Virus record (IMG/VR): IMGVR_UViG_3300032665_001598
Source: an uncultured virus (IMG/VR IMGVR_UViG_3300032665_001598)
Lineage: Duplodnaviria; Heunggongvirae; Uroviricota; Caudoviricetes
Strand: one strand, 5' to 3'
DNA: 64,000 bases
A program made the position numbers and the translations under genes. Of the stretch, positions 48,297-58,554 are shown piece by piece. Each line of letters opens with the position of its first letter. Position 1 is the first letter of the stretch. Under the pieces are notes generated by a model. The model was not told where the DNA came from and did not search any database. It worked only from the letters and a program-made list of their open reading frames with translations.

Positions 48297-50618
48297 ATGA
48301 CGACAATTCAAGTCACAAAAAGAAGTGGACAAAAAGAACCGCTCGCAGTAGAGAAGTGGCAAGCCCAGATTACTAAGGTTTGTGCAGGCATAGCGGACGT
48401 AAGTCAAAGTATGATTGAAATCAAAAGTCAACCACACTTTTATGATGGCATTACAACAAAAGAAATAGATGAAATTACATTACGAGCGATTGTAGACTTA
48501 ATCGACGTAGAAGCAAATCCCGATGTTGGGCACGTTAACTATCAATACGTAGCAGGCAAACAGCGTTTGTCGATGTTACGCAAGGATGTTTATGGCGACT
48601 ACGAGCCTCCTCGCCTGTATGACATTGTAAAGACAAATGTAGCAACAGGTCTTTACACAGATGAATTATTATCTTGGTACACCGAAGAAGAGTGGGACAA
48701 GATGGATGCTATGTTAGATCACAGCAAAGATGAACTATACAGTTATGCCGCTATTGAACAGCTAATTGAAAAATATCTAGTACGTAATCGCGCTACAAAG
48801 GAAACATATGAAACTCCACAAATTCGTTACATGGTTGCAGCCGCTACTGTCTTCCACAAAGAAGAACCTAGTAGTGCCCGTTTGCGCTACATCAAAGAAT
48901 ACTACAATGCGGCGAGTGACGGCCTTTTTACTCTTGCTACTCCTGTACTCGCTGGTCTGGGTACTCCTACAAAACAATTTTCGTCCTGTGTACTTATCCG
49001 CTCTGATGACGATCTTGATTCTATCTTTGCTTCTGGAGAGATGATGGCCAAGTATGCCAGCAAACGTGCAGGCATTGGTTTAGAAATTGGTCGCTTACGT
49101 CCATTAGGATCGCCTATACGTGGCGGCGAAATTATGCATACTGGAATGATTCCATTCTTAAAGAAGTGGTTTGGGGACTTACGTTCATGTTCACAAGGTG
49201 GCATTCGTAACGCAAGTGCAACAGTATTTTATCCTATTTGGCATCATCAATTTGATGACCTAATTGTATTAAAGAACAATCAAGGCACAGACGAAACACG
49301 TGTACGTTTTATGGACTATGGTGTTGTACTAAGTGCCCTGTTCTGGCGTCGTTTCAAGAACAAAGAAAACATTACCTTCTTTGATCCAAATGAAGTTCCT
49401 GATTTATATCAAGCATTCTATAGCAATATTGAACTATTTGAAGACTTATATGTCAAGTACGAAAAGCGTACCGACCTACGTAAGAAAACAATGTCAGCTG
49501 AAGAAGTATTCAAAGGCGGCATCTTAAAAGAACGTACAGACACAGGGCGTATCTATCTTGTGTTTATTGATAACGTACAAAAGCAAGGACCGTTTGATCC
49601 AGAGTATCATACTATCTATCAATCGAACTTGTGCTGTGAAATTCTATTACCAACTAAATCCTTTAAACGCTTAGATGACGAAGAAGGCCGTATTGCATTA
49701 TGTACACTAGGTAGTATTAACTGGGGTGCTTTCCGTAATCCAGAAGATATGCGCCGTGCGTGTCGCATCTTACATCGCAGTCTTAACAATATTTTGGACT
49801 ATCAAGATTTCTTGAGTATTCAAAGTAAACTAAGCAACGATGAAATTCGTCCGTTAGGCATTGGTATTACTAACTTGGCTTATTGGCATGCTAAACGCAG
49901 TTATAAGTATGGCGAGAAAGATGCCCTACATGATGTTAAGTCGTGGATGGAACATCAAGCCTACTACTTAACTGAAGCAAGTGTTGAGTTAGCCAAGGAA
50001 CGTGGCGCTTGTGTAGATTCTGCTCGAACACGTTATGGCCAAGGCGTCTTCCCGTGGGAGTTACGTGCCGAGGGTGTAAATCAATTAACAGACTTTACTC
50101 CTGAGCTAGATTGGGAAACACTAAGAACCAACATGAAACAATATGGTGTGCGTAATGCCACCCAGATGGCAGTTGCCCCAGTTGAGTCCAGTAGTGTTGT
50201 TATTAATTCTACCAACGGTATTGAAATGCCAATGAGTTTAATTAGTACCAAAGAATCAAAAGCAGGTTCACTTACACAGGTTGTTCCTGAATATGCTAAG
50301 TTGAAAAACAAATATCAATTGATGTGGGAACAGAAAGACTGTGACGCATACTTAAAGACAGCGGCAGTTATTGCGGCCTATGTTGATCAAAGTATTAGTA
50401 CAAATACTTTCTACAATCCAGCACACTGGGCAGATCGTAAAGTACCAACTACATTAATTGCAAAGAATTTAATGCAAGCGCACGTTTGGGGTCTGAAAAC
50501 CTTCTATTATAGCCTCGTGAATAAACAGGGTGCTAAAGCGGATGCCGAAGAGGCACCCGCTATGTTAGAAGCTGTTGATTTTGATGATGAAGCCGATTGC
50601 GAATCTTGTAAACTTTAG
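48297..50618 (+). CDS. nrdA: ribonucleotide reductase class Ia alpha subunit
   Basis: N-terminal ATP cone (VTKRSG), QFSSCV, SNLCCEI, GLKTFYY, C-terminal CESCKL. Confidence 0.96.
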   Translation: MTTIQVTKRSGQKEPLAVEKWQAQITKVCAGIADVSQSMIEIKSQPHFYDGITTKEIDEITLRAIVDLIDVEANPDVGHVNYQYVAGKQRLSMLRKDVYGDYEPPRLYDIVKTNVATGLYTDELLSWYTEEEWDKMDAMLDHSKDELYSYAAIEQLIEKYLVRNRATKETYETPQIRYMVAAATVFHKEEPSSARLRYIKEYYNAASDGLFTLATPVLAGLGTPTKQFSSCVLIRSDDDLDSIFASGEMMAKYASKRAGIGLEIGRLRPLGSPIRGGEIMHTGMIPFLKKWFGDLRSCSQGGIRNASATVFYPIWHHQFDDLIVLKNNQGTDETRVRFMDYGVVLSALFWRRFKNKENITFFDPNEVPDLYQAFYSNIELFEDLYVKYEKRTDLRKKTMSAEEVFKGGILKERTDTGRIYLVFIDNVQKQGPFDPEYHTIYQSNLCCEILLPTKSFKRLDDEEGRIALCTLGSINWGAFRNPEDMRRACRILHRSLNNILDYQDFLSIQSKLSNDEIRPLGIGITNLAYWHAKRSYKYGEKDALHDVKSWMEHQAYYLTEASVELAKERGACVDSARTRYGQGVFPWELRAEGVNQLTDFTPELDWETLRTNMKQYGVRNATQMAVAPVESSSVVINSTNGIEMPMSLISTKESKAGSLTQVVPEYAKLKNKYQLMWEQKDCDAYLKTAAVIAAYVDQSISTNTFYNPAHWADRKVPTTLIAKNLMQAHVWGLKTFYYSLVNKQGAKADAEEAPAMLEAVDFDDEADCESCKL

Positions 50619-50661
50619 AGTAAACAATAGTATTATTATTGTCTATTAGATAAATAATACT

Positions 50662-51429
50662 ATGGATTATAAAAAACATTACAATTTATTAATTGAGCGT
50701 AGCCGTGATAGAATATTAGATGGGTATGTTGAAAAACACCATATTACTCCAAGATGTTTAGGCGGAACAGACGATAGAAATAATATTGCTATCCTAACCC
50801 CGGAAGAACACTTTTTAGCACACCAACTGTTAATTAAGATACATCCGGGGAACAGAGATTTAGTTTATGCAACTCAATTGATGACAACACATCATACAGA
50901 AGCAAGAATAAACAATAAACTATTTGGATGGTTAAGAAAACAATGTGCATTAGCAATGTCTACACAAACAAAGAATTGGCAAGCAATAAACGGACACCCT
51001 AAGGGGTTTCTTGGTAAAAAGCATAATATAGAAGATCTTGATCGAATTACGTCGGGACTAAAGAAAACGGCTGTTGAAAAAAGAGTAGAAGTATATTCGT
51101 ATAATCTTGATGGATCATTCCATAAAAAATACGAGTCGCTAATAGAGTGTGCAAAAGATTTACAAACTAATGCATCTAATGTAAAATATACAGCAGAAGG
51201 CAAATTTGGTCATTGCAAACAAAAACAACTCAGATACGAGTTCACTGATAGTATTAGTCCGTACGTTAAACTATCGCCGTTAAAGGGTAAGAAGAAAACA
51301 GAAGAACATAAGCAAAATCAGAGTAAAGCAATGAAGGGCAGAAAAAGAACAGTAGAACAAAATGCCAACCATAGTTTGAAAATGAAAGCATATCACAGAG
51401 AAAAAAATAATGTCAAAACAACAATATGA
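50662..51429 (+). mobile_element. free-standing HNH homing endonuclease between nrdA and nrdB
   Basis: EKHHITPRCLGG.DD..N...LTPEEHFLAH; NUMOD-like C-terminal repeats; overlaps the nrdB start. Confidence 0.88.
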
Positions 51430-52513
51430 TTTAAGCAAACCAACCAACTATTTAAAACGAACAATGTTTTTAGATCCAGCCGGGCCAGTAACTATTCAAC
51501 GTTTTGAAGAAGTACGTTATCCTAAAATTGCAGACTTTGAAGCTACAGCACGTGGCTTCTTTTGGCAACCAGAAGAGATTAGTCTAACTAAAGACAGCAA
51601 CGACTTTAAAGATGCGTCTGATGCAGTTAAGCATATCTTCACAAGTAACTTGCTACGCCAAACAGCCTTAGACAGTTTACAAGGACGTGGACCTACACAA
51701 GTGTTTACACCTGTGTGTTCATTGCCGGAAGTTGAAGCCTTAATGTATAACTGGGGATTCTTCGAAACAAACATTCATAGTAAATCATACAGTCATATTA
51801 TTCGTAATATCTACAACGTGCCAAAGGATGTGTTTAACACTATCCACGATACTAAAGAAATTGTAGACATGGCGAGTAGTGTAGGCAACTACTATGATCA
51901 ACTACATAAAATTAACTGTGCTAAAGAACTAGGGGATACCAATGTCTCAGAAACACATCACATCAAAGCAATTTGGATGGCCTTACATGCCAGTTACGCA
52001 TTAGAAGCATTCCGCTTTATGGTATCGTTTGCTACAAGTTTGGCCATGGTTGAGAATCGTATCTTTATGGGCAATGGTAATATTATTAGCCTAATCCTAC
52101 AAGACGAGTTGTTGCACAAAGGTTGGACAGCTTACTTGATCAATCAGGTAATCAAAGATGACGCACGTTTTGCCGCTATCAAAGGCGAATGTGAAGCAGA
52201 AGTTTATCAGTTATACATGGATGTTATCCGTGAGGAGAAAGAATGGGCTACCTACTTGTTCAAGATGGGTCCTGTGATTGGTTTAAATGCCAATATCCTT
52301 AAGGATTTCGTTGATTATACCGCAGTTGGTGCACTAAAAGACATCGGTATCAAGTATCAGGCATCAGCACCTAAGACCACGCCTATTCCATGGTTCAACA
52401 AGCATACAGATACAAGTAAAAAGCAAACAGCTCTACAAGAATCAGAGAGTACGTCCTACGTCATTGGTGTTATGAGTGACGCAATTGACTACAACGAGTT
52501 ACCGAGTTTATAA
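51410..52513 (+). CDS. nrdB: ribonucleotide reductase class Ia beta subunit
   Basis: FFWQPEEI, QTALDS.QGR, ETNIHSKSY, LEAFRF, DELLH. Confidence 0.95.
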   Translation: MSKQQYDLSKPTNYLKRTMFLDPAGPVTIQRFEEVRYPKIADFEATARGFFWQPEEISLTKDSNDFKDASDAVKHIFTSNLLRQTALDSLQGRGPTQVFTPVCSLPEVEALMYNWGFFETNIHSKSYSHIIRNIYNVPKDVFNTIHDTKEIVDMASSVGNYYDQLHKINCAKELGDTNVSETHHIKAIWMALHASYALEAFRFMVSFATSLAMVENRIFMGNGNIISLILQDELLHKGWTAYLINQVIKDDARFAAIKGECEAEVYQLYMDVIREEKEWATYLFKMGPVIGLNANILKDFVDYTAVGALKDIGIKYQASAPKTTPIPWFNKHTDTSKKQTALQESESTSYVIGVMSDAIDYNELPSL

Positions 52514-52526
52514 GAAGGAAAGAGAT

Positions 52527-52751
52527 ATGAAAGCAATAGTATGGAGTAAGGATGCCTGTCCTTTTTGTGTTCAGGCAAAAGCATTATTAGATTCAAAGGG
52601 CATTGATTACGAAGAACGTAACGTAATGCACGAGTGGACTAAAGAACAGTTATTAGAAGCAGTACCAACTGCACGTACATTACCACAGATCTTCTTGGAT
52701 GATGTGTATGTAGGCGGATTTACAGAACTAAGAAAACATTTACAAGGATAA
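52527..52751 (+). CDS. glutaredoxin
   Basis: CPFC, TLPQIF, VGGF. Confidence 0.92.
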   Translation: MKAIVWSKDACPFCVQAKALLDSKGIDYEERNVMHEWTKEQLLEAVPTARTLPQIFLDDVYVGGFTELRKHLQG

Positions 52752-52754
52752 ATT

Positions 52755-53063
52755 ATGTTAATTCAAAAAGGATACTCAGCAGGAGATATCATGTGTTTCA
52801 AGATTACAACAGGCGAAGAAATTGTTGCTAAACTCGTAGAAGAAAAAGCAGACGGTTACGTTGTTAGTAAACCATGTACACTTATGCCAAGTAATCAAGG
52901 TATTGGCCTGATGCAAAGCATGATTTCTGCGGATATAAATAATAATGTAACACTGAATAAATCGCATGTTATTATGCATAATACTGTTATTAAGGATATC
53001 GAGAATCACTATATCCGTACTACAACAGGTATAGAACCAGTGTCTAGTGGAATAATTAAATAA
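52755..53063 (+). CDS. hypothetical protein
   Basis: AAGGA RBS; TGEEIVAKL. Confidence 0.75.
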   Translation: MLIQKGYSAGDIMCFKITTGEEIVAKLVEEKADGYVVSKPCTLMPSNQGIGLMQSMISADINNNVTLNKSHVIMHNTVIKDIENHYIRTTTGIEPVSSGIIK

Positions 53064-53353
53064 TGCCAGCAGCTGCAAGATTAGGTGACCCAGATAATAG
53101 CGACGGTGCAATTACAAGCCAGTGCTCAACCACGGTTTTCATTGATGGGCAACCTGCTGCAACTGTTGGTAGCTTAGATAGAGATCACGCACCATATCGC
53201 CCACAGCAAATACACCAACCGCATGTGCCTAATCCGATTATATCGGGAAGTGCTACAGTATTCATTGATGGTAAACCTGCCGCAAGAGTAGGCGATCCGT
53301 TTCAATGCGGACATGTGGTAGCTAGTGGTAGTCCGACTGTGACTATTAACTAA
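53063..53353 (+). CDS. PAAR-repeat spike-tip protein
   Basis: PAAARLGD, GQPAATVG, GKPAARVGD..CG. Confidence 0.9.
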   Translation: MPAAARLGDPDNSDGAITSQCSTTVFIDGQPAATVGSLDRDHAPYRPQQIHQPHVPNPIISGSATVFIDGKPAARVGDPFQCGHVVASGSPTVTIN

Positions 53354-55152
53354 TGGCTTCTGCAATTCAATTAACTGCTGCAAGCAGTATCGTTAACGGA
53401 CAAGGAATTGCTACTTCAGCAAATCTGTTGTCACAAATATCTACATTTAAAGCACAGGCTCCGATTGTGTTAATTGCCAACGTATTTGCCACAGCGGCAA
53501 ATGCCAATGCAAGTATATCTGGAACCTTGGTCAATGCTTTATCTAAACTAGGTCTCGGTGTTACTCACGGACAATGGTTAATTGATTTGTACCCTGCCAA
53601 TATTACTCCTGTATGTAGTACCAACGTTGTGCAATACAGCAATGCCAATGTTAATACTTCTAGTTTCTCTGGCACAGTACGAGCACAAGCACAAGCACCG
53701 TTTGCTTATGGCATGGCCAGTTTTGCCAACACGTTTCAAACAGCCTACAGTTATGCAGCATTAACATTTGATACAGTATCCAGCGTAAACTTACTACAAA
53801 GTAAGACCTATGCACAAAGTGGTATAGGATATACTGGACCCAGCGATCTTATTAGTAATGGAATTGATGCAAATGCACCATTGATTGCTAATGTTATTTC
53901 AACCTGGGGAACCATGTATGATATTAAAAATATCAACTCAATTGGTAACCCTTATGTGTTTGGACAAAACATATTGAATCGGCAGTTAGGCAACTACGGA
54001 AACTTATCGGTGCAGTTAGCGGCCGCTGGATTAAACACAAATAATCTATTACAAGTACCGCAGAGCTCTACAACAACCGCACCACAAATTACAACAACAA
54101 CACGTGGAACAACATTTGGCCCAATAACATTGCCGTCTGTTACCAACGTAACAACAACTAATTTAGTACTTGGAAATAGTACAGGTGTTGTACTATCAAT
54201 ATACGGAAATGTTACAGGCGCAAATTTACAAGCCATTACTACAGCAACTAAATCAACTATTGCCAATGTGTCAATTACGAATCTTGCAGATTATCTAAAC
54301 CTTAATAAGGTTGTAACTTCATCTCAGTATACACAACTTGGTGCCTTGGGCATTGTTGATTTTTACACTCTCGGTGAATACCTGCAGGCCAGGATCGGTC
54401 AGGGTAACTTTAACTCATGGACCGACTTAGCCAACTTCTTGTTGTCTATTGTTGTACCAACATTAAGTTACACTACTGCAAATGCAAATGCCACAGTACT
54501 ATCAAGTAATACAATTTCTACATTAAATTCAATAACAGGAACAGGAACAGGACCGTTTGGTAATCCTGTAATGTGCGACTACCTGGGAGCCGCAACTGGC
54601 ATACCTTACACCAGTTTATTTACAACATTAAATACCAATTACGTTGCAGCCGAAGGAACATTATTGGCCAACGTAACTACACTTGATGCAGCAGTTACTG
54701 GCTATATCGGAAACGCTAATATTACTCCAGTACAAAATGCCGTGACAGCAATTAATTCAACATTGACTGCATTGTCATCAACTGCACTGACTTCGGGGCA
54801 GACAGCTTACTACAAAATATTAAATAAAATCACCAACGAAATTACAAACTTAACTGATGCTGGAGTAACCTTTGGGTCTGGCACAGCACAGATGTTAGAA
54901 AACTTTGCACAACGAATTGGTGCACTATCTTCTGACGCTACCCAGTTTCAAACTTATCAATTTTTTGGTAATTTAGTCACCAGTGATGTCTACGGCGACA
55001 CTATCAAATCGGCCACTGCTGAGTCAATCAACAACAGTTTATTTGCCGCGAGGGGAATTACGTTAGACAACGATCCAAATCCTGCTCGTGCATTGGCTCA
55101 AGCTCAACTTCAAAATATACCGTTAACTACGTACTTATCACAGAATAAGTAG
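53353..55152 (+). CDS. putative baseplate/tail structural protein
   Basis: Coupled to the PAAR gene; Asn/Thr/Ala-rich 599 aa. Confidence 0.6.
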   Translation: MASAIQLTAASSIVNGQGIATSANLLSQISTFKAQAPIVLIANVFATAANANASISGTLVNALSKLGLGVTHGQWLIDLYPANITPVCSTNVVQYSNANVNTSSFSGTVRAQAQAPFAYGMASFANTFQTAYSYAALTFDTVSSVNLLQSKTYAQSGIGYTGPSDLISNGIDANAPLIANVISTWGTMYDIKNINSIGNPYVFGQNILNRQLGNYGNLSVQLAAAGLNTNNLLQVPQSSTTTAPQITTTTRGTTFGPITLPSVTNVTTTNLVLGNSTGVVLSIYGNVTGANLQAITTATKSTIANVSITNLADYLNLNKVVTSSQYTQLGALGIVDFYTLGEYLQARIGQGNFNSWTDLANFLLSIVVPTLSYTTANANATVLSSNTISTLNSITGTGTGPFGNPVMCDYLGAATGIPYTSLFTTLNTNYVAAEGTLLANVTTLDAAVTGYIGNANITPVQNAVTAINSTLTALSSTALTSGQTAYYKILNKITNEITNLTDAGVTFGSGTAQMLENFAQRIGALSSDATQFQTYQFFGNLVTSDVYGDTIKSATAESINNSLFAARGITLDNDPNPARALAQAQLQNIPLTTYLSQNK

Positions 55153-55295
55153 GGTTATAATGGCAGTTTTTTGTCCAGAAGCGTTACTTACCTTGACTTG
55201 CAATCACTTATATAGTATTATAACTCAATAGATATGTACTTAAATATCTAATGCCTTCTGCTGTATGGAAGGCATATTAACCTAAGGAGGACTTT

Positions 55296-55979
55296 ATGAG
55301 AACGATTATTCAAACAATCGTAGCAATATTAGCCCTGACCGTAATGGCACCCGGTCATGCAGAAGAAGTAGCAGTACAGCAACAAAGTTTTTTTAACACC
55401 GTCAAAATACAAGCACAAGATCGCTTGGACAATTTAGTAGGTGCTATAATGAGTCCCATTGTAGACATCAACATATCAAGCAAGGATGTCGATTGCCTTG
55501 CAAAGAATATCTATTACGAAGCTGGTATGGAACCAGAAGAAGGCAAAGTGGCAGTAGCCATGGTTACCATTAATCGCGTCCGCGATGGCCGCTTTGGTAA
55601 AACAATTTGCTCAGTAGTAGATCAACGTACAGTCAGAGTTCGTACCATTGAAGTCTCGGAAGAGCGCATGGTGAAAACTGGTTACTTTGGTACACCAGAA
55701 AAACAAAAAGTCAAAACATTTGTTACACAAAATGCCGACGTGTGTCAGTTTAGCTGGCGCTGTATGTTTGTACACAAACCCAAGGAAACAGACGACCGAT
55801 GGGAAGCTAGTCAAGAAGTTGCTGAACGTTTACTCAAAGGCGAGTATGTTACTTGGCAAAACAAGTATAGTGATGCACTATACTTCCATGCTACCGCAGT
55901 ACGGCCTGCATGGGCAAAGTCTAAACAACCGGTGTCTAGGATTGGCGGCCATGTATTTTATGCGGACCGTGTCATCTAA
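55296..55979 (+). CDS. SleB-like cell wall hydrolase (Hydrolase_2)
   Basis: CLAKNIYYEA, VAMVTINRV, CQFSW, ALYFHA, IGGHVFY; N-terminal signal peptide. Confidence 0.9.
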   Translation: MRTIIQTIVAILALTVMAPGHAEEVAVQQQSFFNTVKIQAQDRLDNLVGAIMSPIVDINISSKDVDCLAKNIYYEAGMEPEEGKVAVAMVTINRVRDGRFGKTICSVVDQRTVRVRTIEVSEERMVKTGYFGTPEKQKVKTFVTQNADVCQFSWRCMFVHKPKETDDRWEASQEVAERLLKGEYVTWQNKYSDALYFHATAVRPAWAKSKQPVSRIGGHVFYADRVI

Positions 55980-55984
55980 CTAAA

Positions 55985-56590
55985 ATGTTCTTCGAAGCTC
56001 TAGAGCGTATTAAATCTTTAGCCACTAGACACAGTGGCAGGATTTTTACGCCAGAGCAATTTACTCGTTTAATACGTATGCAATTTCGTGATAGCCAATT
56101 ACGATTCACTTGCATACGTAGTTCTCAATTAACCAAAAAAGACTTTTGGGTCGGCGGCGAGTACCGTCCTTACGAAGATAGTCATAATGAACCCTGTGTT
56201 TACATCACGTTGACTTTTGGTACCAAATGCCAACACGTAACTTTTAAAAACTACAACTGGGACTCGATTAGTTTTCATTTAGCCGATGTGGTTACTCACG
56301 AATACTTACATCAATACTATTGCCGAAAGCGTGGGTATCGACATGGTCGAGGATATCGTAGCGCATCAACTCTACGATACGGGGATAGTATGCAGGACTA
56401 CCTAGGATGCGAAGATGAAATACTTGCACATGCTTTTAATGTTGCAAGCGAAATGGTGGTGTACGATAGAGCAATGACCAAGACCAAAGTGTACAGAACA
56501 TATCAAAAATACTTTAGACAAGATCGTAATGTTATGTTACAATTAAAAAAACAAGTCGCTAAGTATATTAATAGACTGGAGCTAACATGA
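55985..56590 (+). CDS. HExxH zinc-metallopeptidase-like protein
   Basis: THEYLHQ plus downstream YL...DEILAHA. Confidence 0.6.
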   Translation: MFFEALERIKSLATRHSGRIFTPEQFTRLIRMQFRDSQLRFTCIRSSQLTKKDFWVGGEYRPYEDSHNEPCVYITLTFGTKCQHVTFKNYNWDSISFHLADVVTHEYLHQYYCRKRGYRHGRGYRSASTLRYGDSMQDYLGCEDEILAHAFNVASEMVVYDRAMTKTKVYRTYQKYFRQDRNVMLQLKKQVAKYINRLELT

Positions 56591-56814
56591 CTAAGTTATC
56601 AGAAGAATTAGCAATCGAAGATGGTTTTTGCGAAGACGATATTAGCGAAGACGATTATGGATTTATATTTGGACCAGACGGCGAACTAAAATCGGCGTTC
56701 TTCCCTGACAATCTTCCCTTTAAGACTCCAGACAATATTCAGAAAATACTTGCACTATTTGGATATTCAGATCCTGAGCAGTTAATGGACATAGATAGCG
56801 GCACTCTGCACTAA
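56587..56814 (+). CDS. acidic hypothetical protein
   Basis: GGAG RBS; ATGA coupling. Confidence 0.7.
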   Translation: MTKLSEELAIEDGFCEDDISEDDYGFIFGPDGELKSAFFPDNLPFKTPDNIQKILALFGYSDPEQLMDIDSGTLH

Positions 56815-56843
56815 TTGACCTTAAATTCCCAATATAGTATAAT
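56815..56843 (+). promoter_or_regulatory. early-type sigma70 promoter
   Basis: TTGACC-ttaaattcccaatatag-TATAAT. Confidence 0.75.
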
Positions 56844-56849
56844 TACTAT

Positions 56850-56996
56850 ATGAAGAATAAGATTGTTGCAAAATCCCCACGCAAAACACGCATTCACAAT
56901 GTGTTGTTTTTTCGCGACACCCCATTCAGACCCCAACAAGTGGAGCTCAAAACCCGCTACAAACGCACCCAAAAACACCGTAAATTGGAAGACTAA
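56850..56996 (+). CDS. small basic ArfA-like protein (48 aa)
   Basis: MKNKIVAKSPRKTRIHNVLFFRDTPFRPQQVELKTRYKRTQKHRKLED; begins 6 nt after the -10 box. Confidence 0.6.
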   Translation: MKNKIVAKSPRKTRIHNVLFFRDTPFRPQQVELKTRYKRTQKHRKLED

Positions 56997-57002
56997 TTTC
57001 GG

Positions 57003-57031
57003 TTGTCCGTTAATTCCCAAAATAGTATAAT
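57003..57031 (+). promoter_or_regulatory. early-type sigma70 promoter
   Basis: TTGTCC-gttaattcccaaaatag-TATAAT. Confidence 0.7.
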
Positions 57032-57061
57032 ACTTGTATAGTAACTAATAAGGAGTAGCAA

Positions 57062-57481
57062 ATGTCTAAATTAATTTCGTATGTAGGTTTTAGCCGTGTA
57101 GCAGGTGAACTCAAGTTCCGCACAGCAGGTAATGAAGCCCGTGTATTGCAGTTGGCAAAATTGGGCGACACTGATGTTACTATGATGTTACTCCCTAAAG
57201 AAATGACTAAAAACGAAGCTGCTAAGTTTGCGCTCACTAACTTTTTTAAGAAAGTTGACGCAGAAGTAGAAGCCATGTTTGCGGCTAATGCCAAAGATGA
57301 GAACCCTTTTGCAAAACCCAAGGCAGTAGCAAAGACAAAAACTGTAGTGGCAAAAAATGTTCGATTAGTTGTTGGTACTACTTCAGTTGGTGCAGATGAT
57401 GCGCCATACACTCCTAAGCAAGCGGCTAAGATCCGTGCAGAGTTTATGAAGAAGTTAAAAGCGGCTTACGAGGCTAACTAA
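57062..57481 (+). CDS. hypothetical protein
   Basis: TAAGGAG RBS; Lys/Ala-rich. Confidence 0.8.
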   Translation: MSKLISYVGFSRVAGELKFRTAGNEARVLQLAKLGDTDVTMMLLPKEMTKNEAAKFALTNFFKKVDAEVEAMFAANAKDENPFAKPKAVAKTKTVVAKNVRLVVGTTSVGADDAPYTPKQAAKIRAEFMKKLKAAYEAN

Positions 57482-57482
57482 G

Positions 57483-57731
57483 ATGTATTACAAGAACGGT
57501 GACTTAGTAACAGAAGCTTTTATTGCTGGGTTACCTGTCTTGTACAAAACTGTTAAAGAGTATCCTACTTTGCGTATGGTGCCCATTGACAGACTTGATG
57601 GTGTTAGAGAAGGTTTAAATCGTTTAGGTTATAATTATCGTACTCGATATCGCGGTCCGCATTTAAGACAACGCGACACCTTAAAAAGAAATGCCCGTGC
57701 TTTTACAATTTACTTTAAGGAACAATCATGA
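57483..57731 (+). CDS. hypothetical protein
   Basis: RTRYRGP motif; coupled ORF. Confidence 0.7.
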   Translation: MYYKNGDLVTEAFIAGLPVLYKTVKEYPTLRMVPIDRLDGVREGLNRLGYNYRTRYRGPHLRQRDTLKRNARAFTIYFKEQS

Positions 57732-57937
57732 ACAGTTTATACAGCTATCTAGGTTATGAATATCGTCCGAGCGAAGATGTAGAAGAAGATAACATTAAGA
57801 TCTTCCATGAGTGTTACAAGCATGGTCAACGAGTCGATATGCCGCGTGAGTTTTACAATCACAGTCCGTACAGTTTGTTGACGTTTGAAGAGTTTGTTGC
57901 GTGTGTACAAACAGTTGAAGTATTCATCCAAGGTTAA
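57728..57937 (+). CDS. hypothetical protein
   Basis: AAGGA RBS; ATGA coupling. Confidence 0.7.
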   Translation: MNSLYSYLGYEYRPSEDVEEDNIKIFHECYKHGQRVDMPREFYNHSPYSLLTFEEFVACVQTVEVFIQG

Positions 57938-57938
57938 T

Positions 57939-58082
57939 ATGATCACAGTTATTGCTTATAAAAATGGTCAAGCAGTTAGACACGAACAATGCTTTGACGT
58001 GTTTAGTGCTGATGCAATAGCAGATGAATTAAAAGAATGTAGTTTATATGATGATGTACATATTGTAGAGGATAATGAATAA
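57939..58082 (+). CDS. small hypothetical protein
   Basis: ATG 57939 after AAGG; TAATG coupling to the next gene. Confidence 0.55.
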   Translation: MITVIAYKNGQAVRHEQCFDVFSADAIADELKECSLYDDVHIVEDNE

Positions 58083-58273
58083 TGTGGCCTAACGATACAC
58101 CCCGTCCAGATAAAAATACATTTCGCATGACTATTCCACGAGATCAAATCCAAGGCTTTTTGGATGACTTAAACAAACTGCAACTGGACTATGTTGAGCA
58201 GGCGGTAGAAGCTAAAGCACGTCAAGGTTTCCCTGAAGCAACAGAAGCTATTAGTCGGATTATGAAACTATGA
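58082..58273 (+). CDS. hypothetical protein
   Basis: GAGG RBS; coupled. Confidence 0.65.
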   Translation: MWPNDTPRPDKNTFRMTIPRDQIQGFLDDLNKLQLDYVEQAVEAKARQGFPEATEAISRIMKL

Positions 58274-58554
58274 GAGATGTCGAAACTATAATTCGCGGAG
58301 TACTTGACAACAGTATATCTGTTAAAGATCTTACAGTAGCAGAATTGGATGCAGTAGTCGACGAGTTAGTTGACATTGGCGAAAGTCTATTAGACACAGA
58401 AAATCACGAAGTTGGTGTTGCTATGTTAGAAGTATTAGACCAAGCAATTGATTTGCGTAGCCAGGACTTGACAGCAGATTTTGAAAATGCTATACTAGCA
58501 GCAGAACAACGTGGTTCAACATACTGGGAGTTTGAAAATCCAAGCAGTCACTAA
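58270..58554 (+). CDS. acidic hypothetical protein
   Basis: ATGA-coupled 94-aa ORF. Confidence 0.65.
   Translation: MRDVETIIRGVLDNSISVKDLTVAELDAVVDELVDIGESLLDTENHEVGVAMLEVLDQAIDLRSQDLTADFENAILAAEQRGSTYWEFENPSSH

Noticed and set aside
48297..52513. Introns or inteins in nrdA and nrdB
   Set aside because: Both ORFs are continuous and of normal class Ia length.
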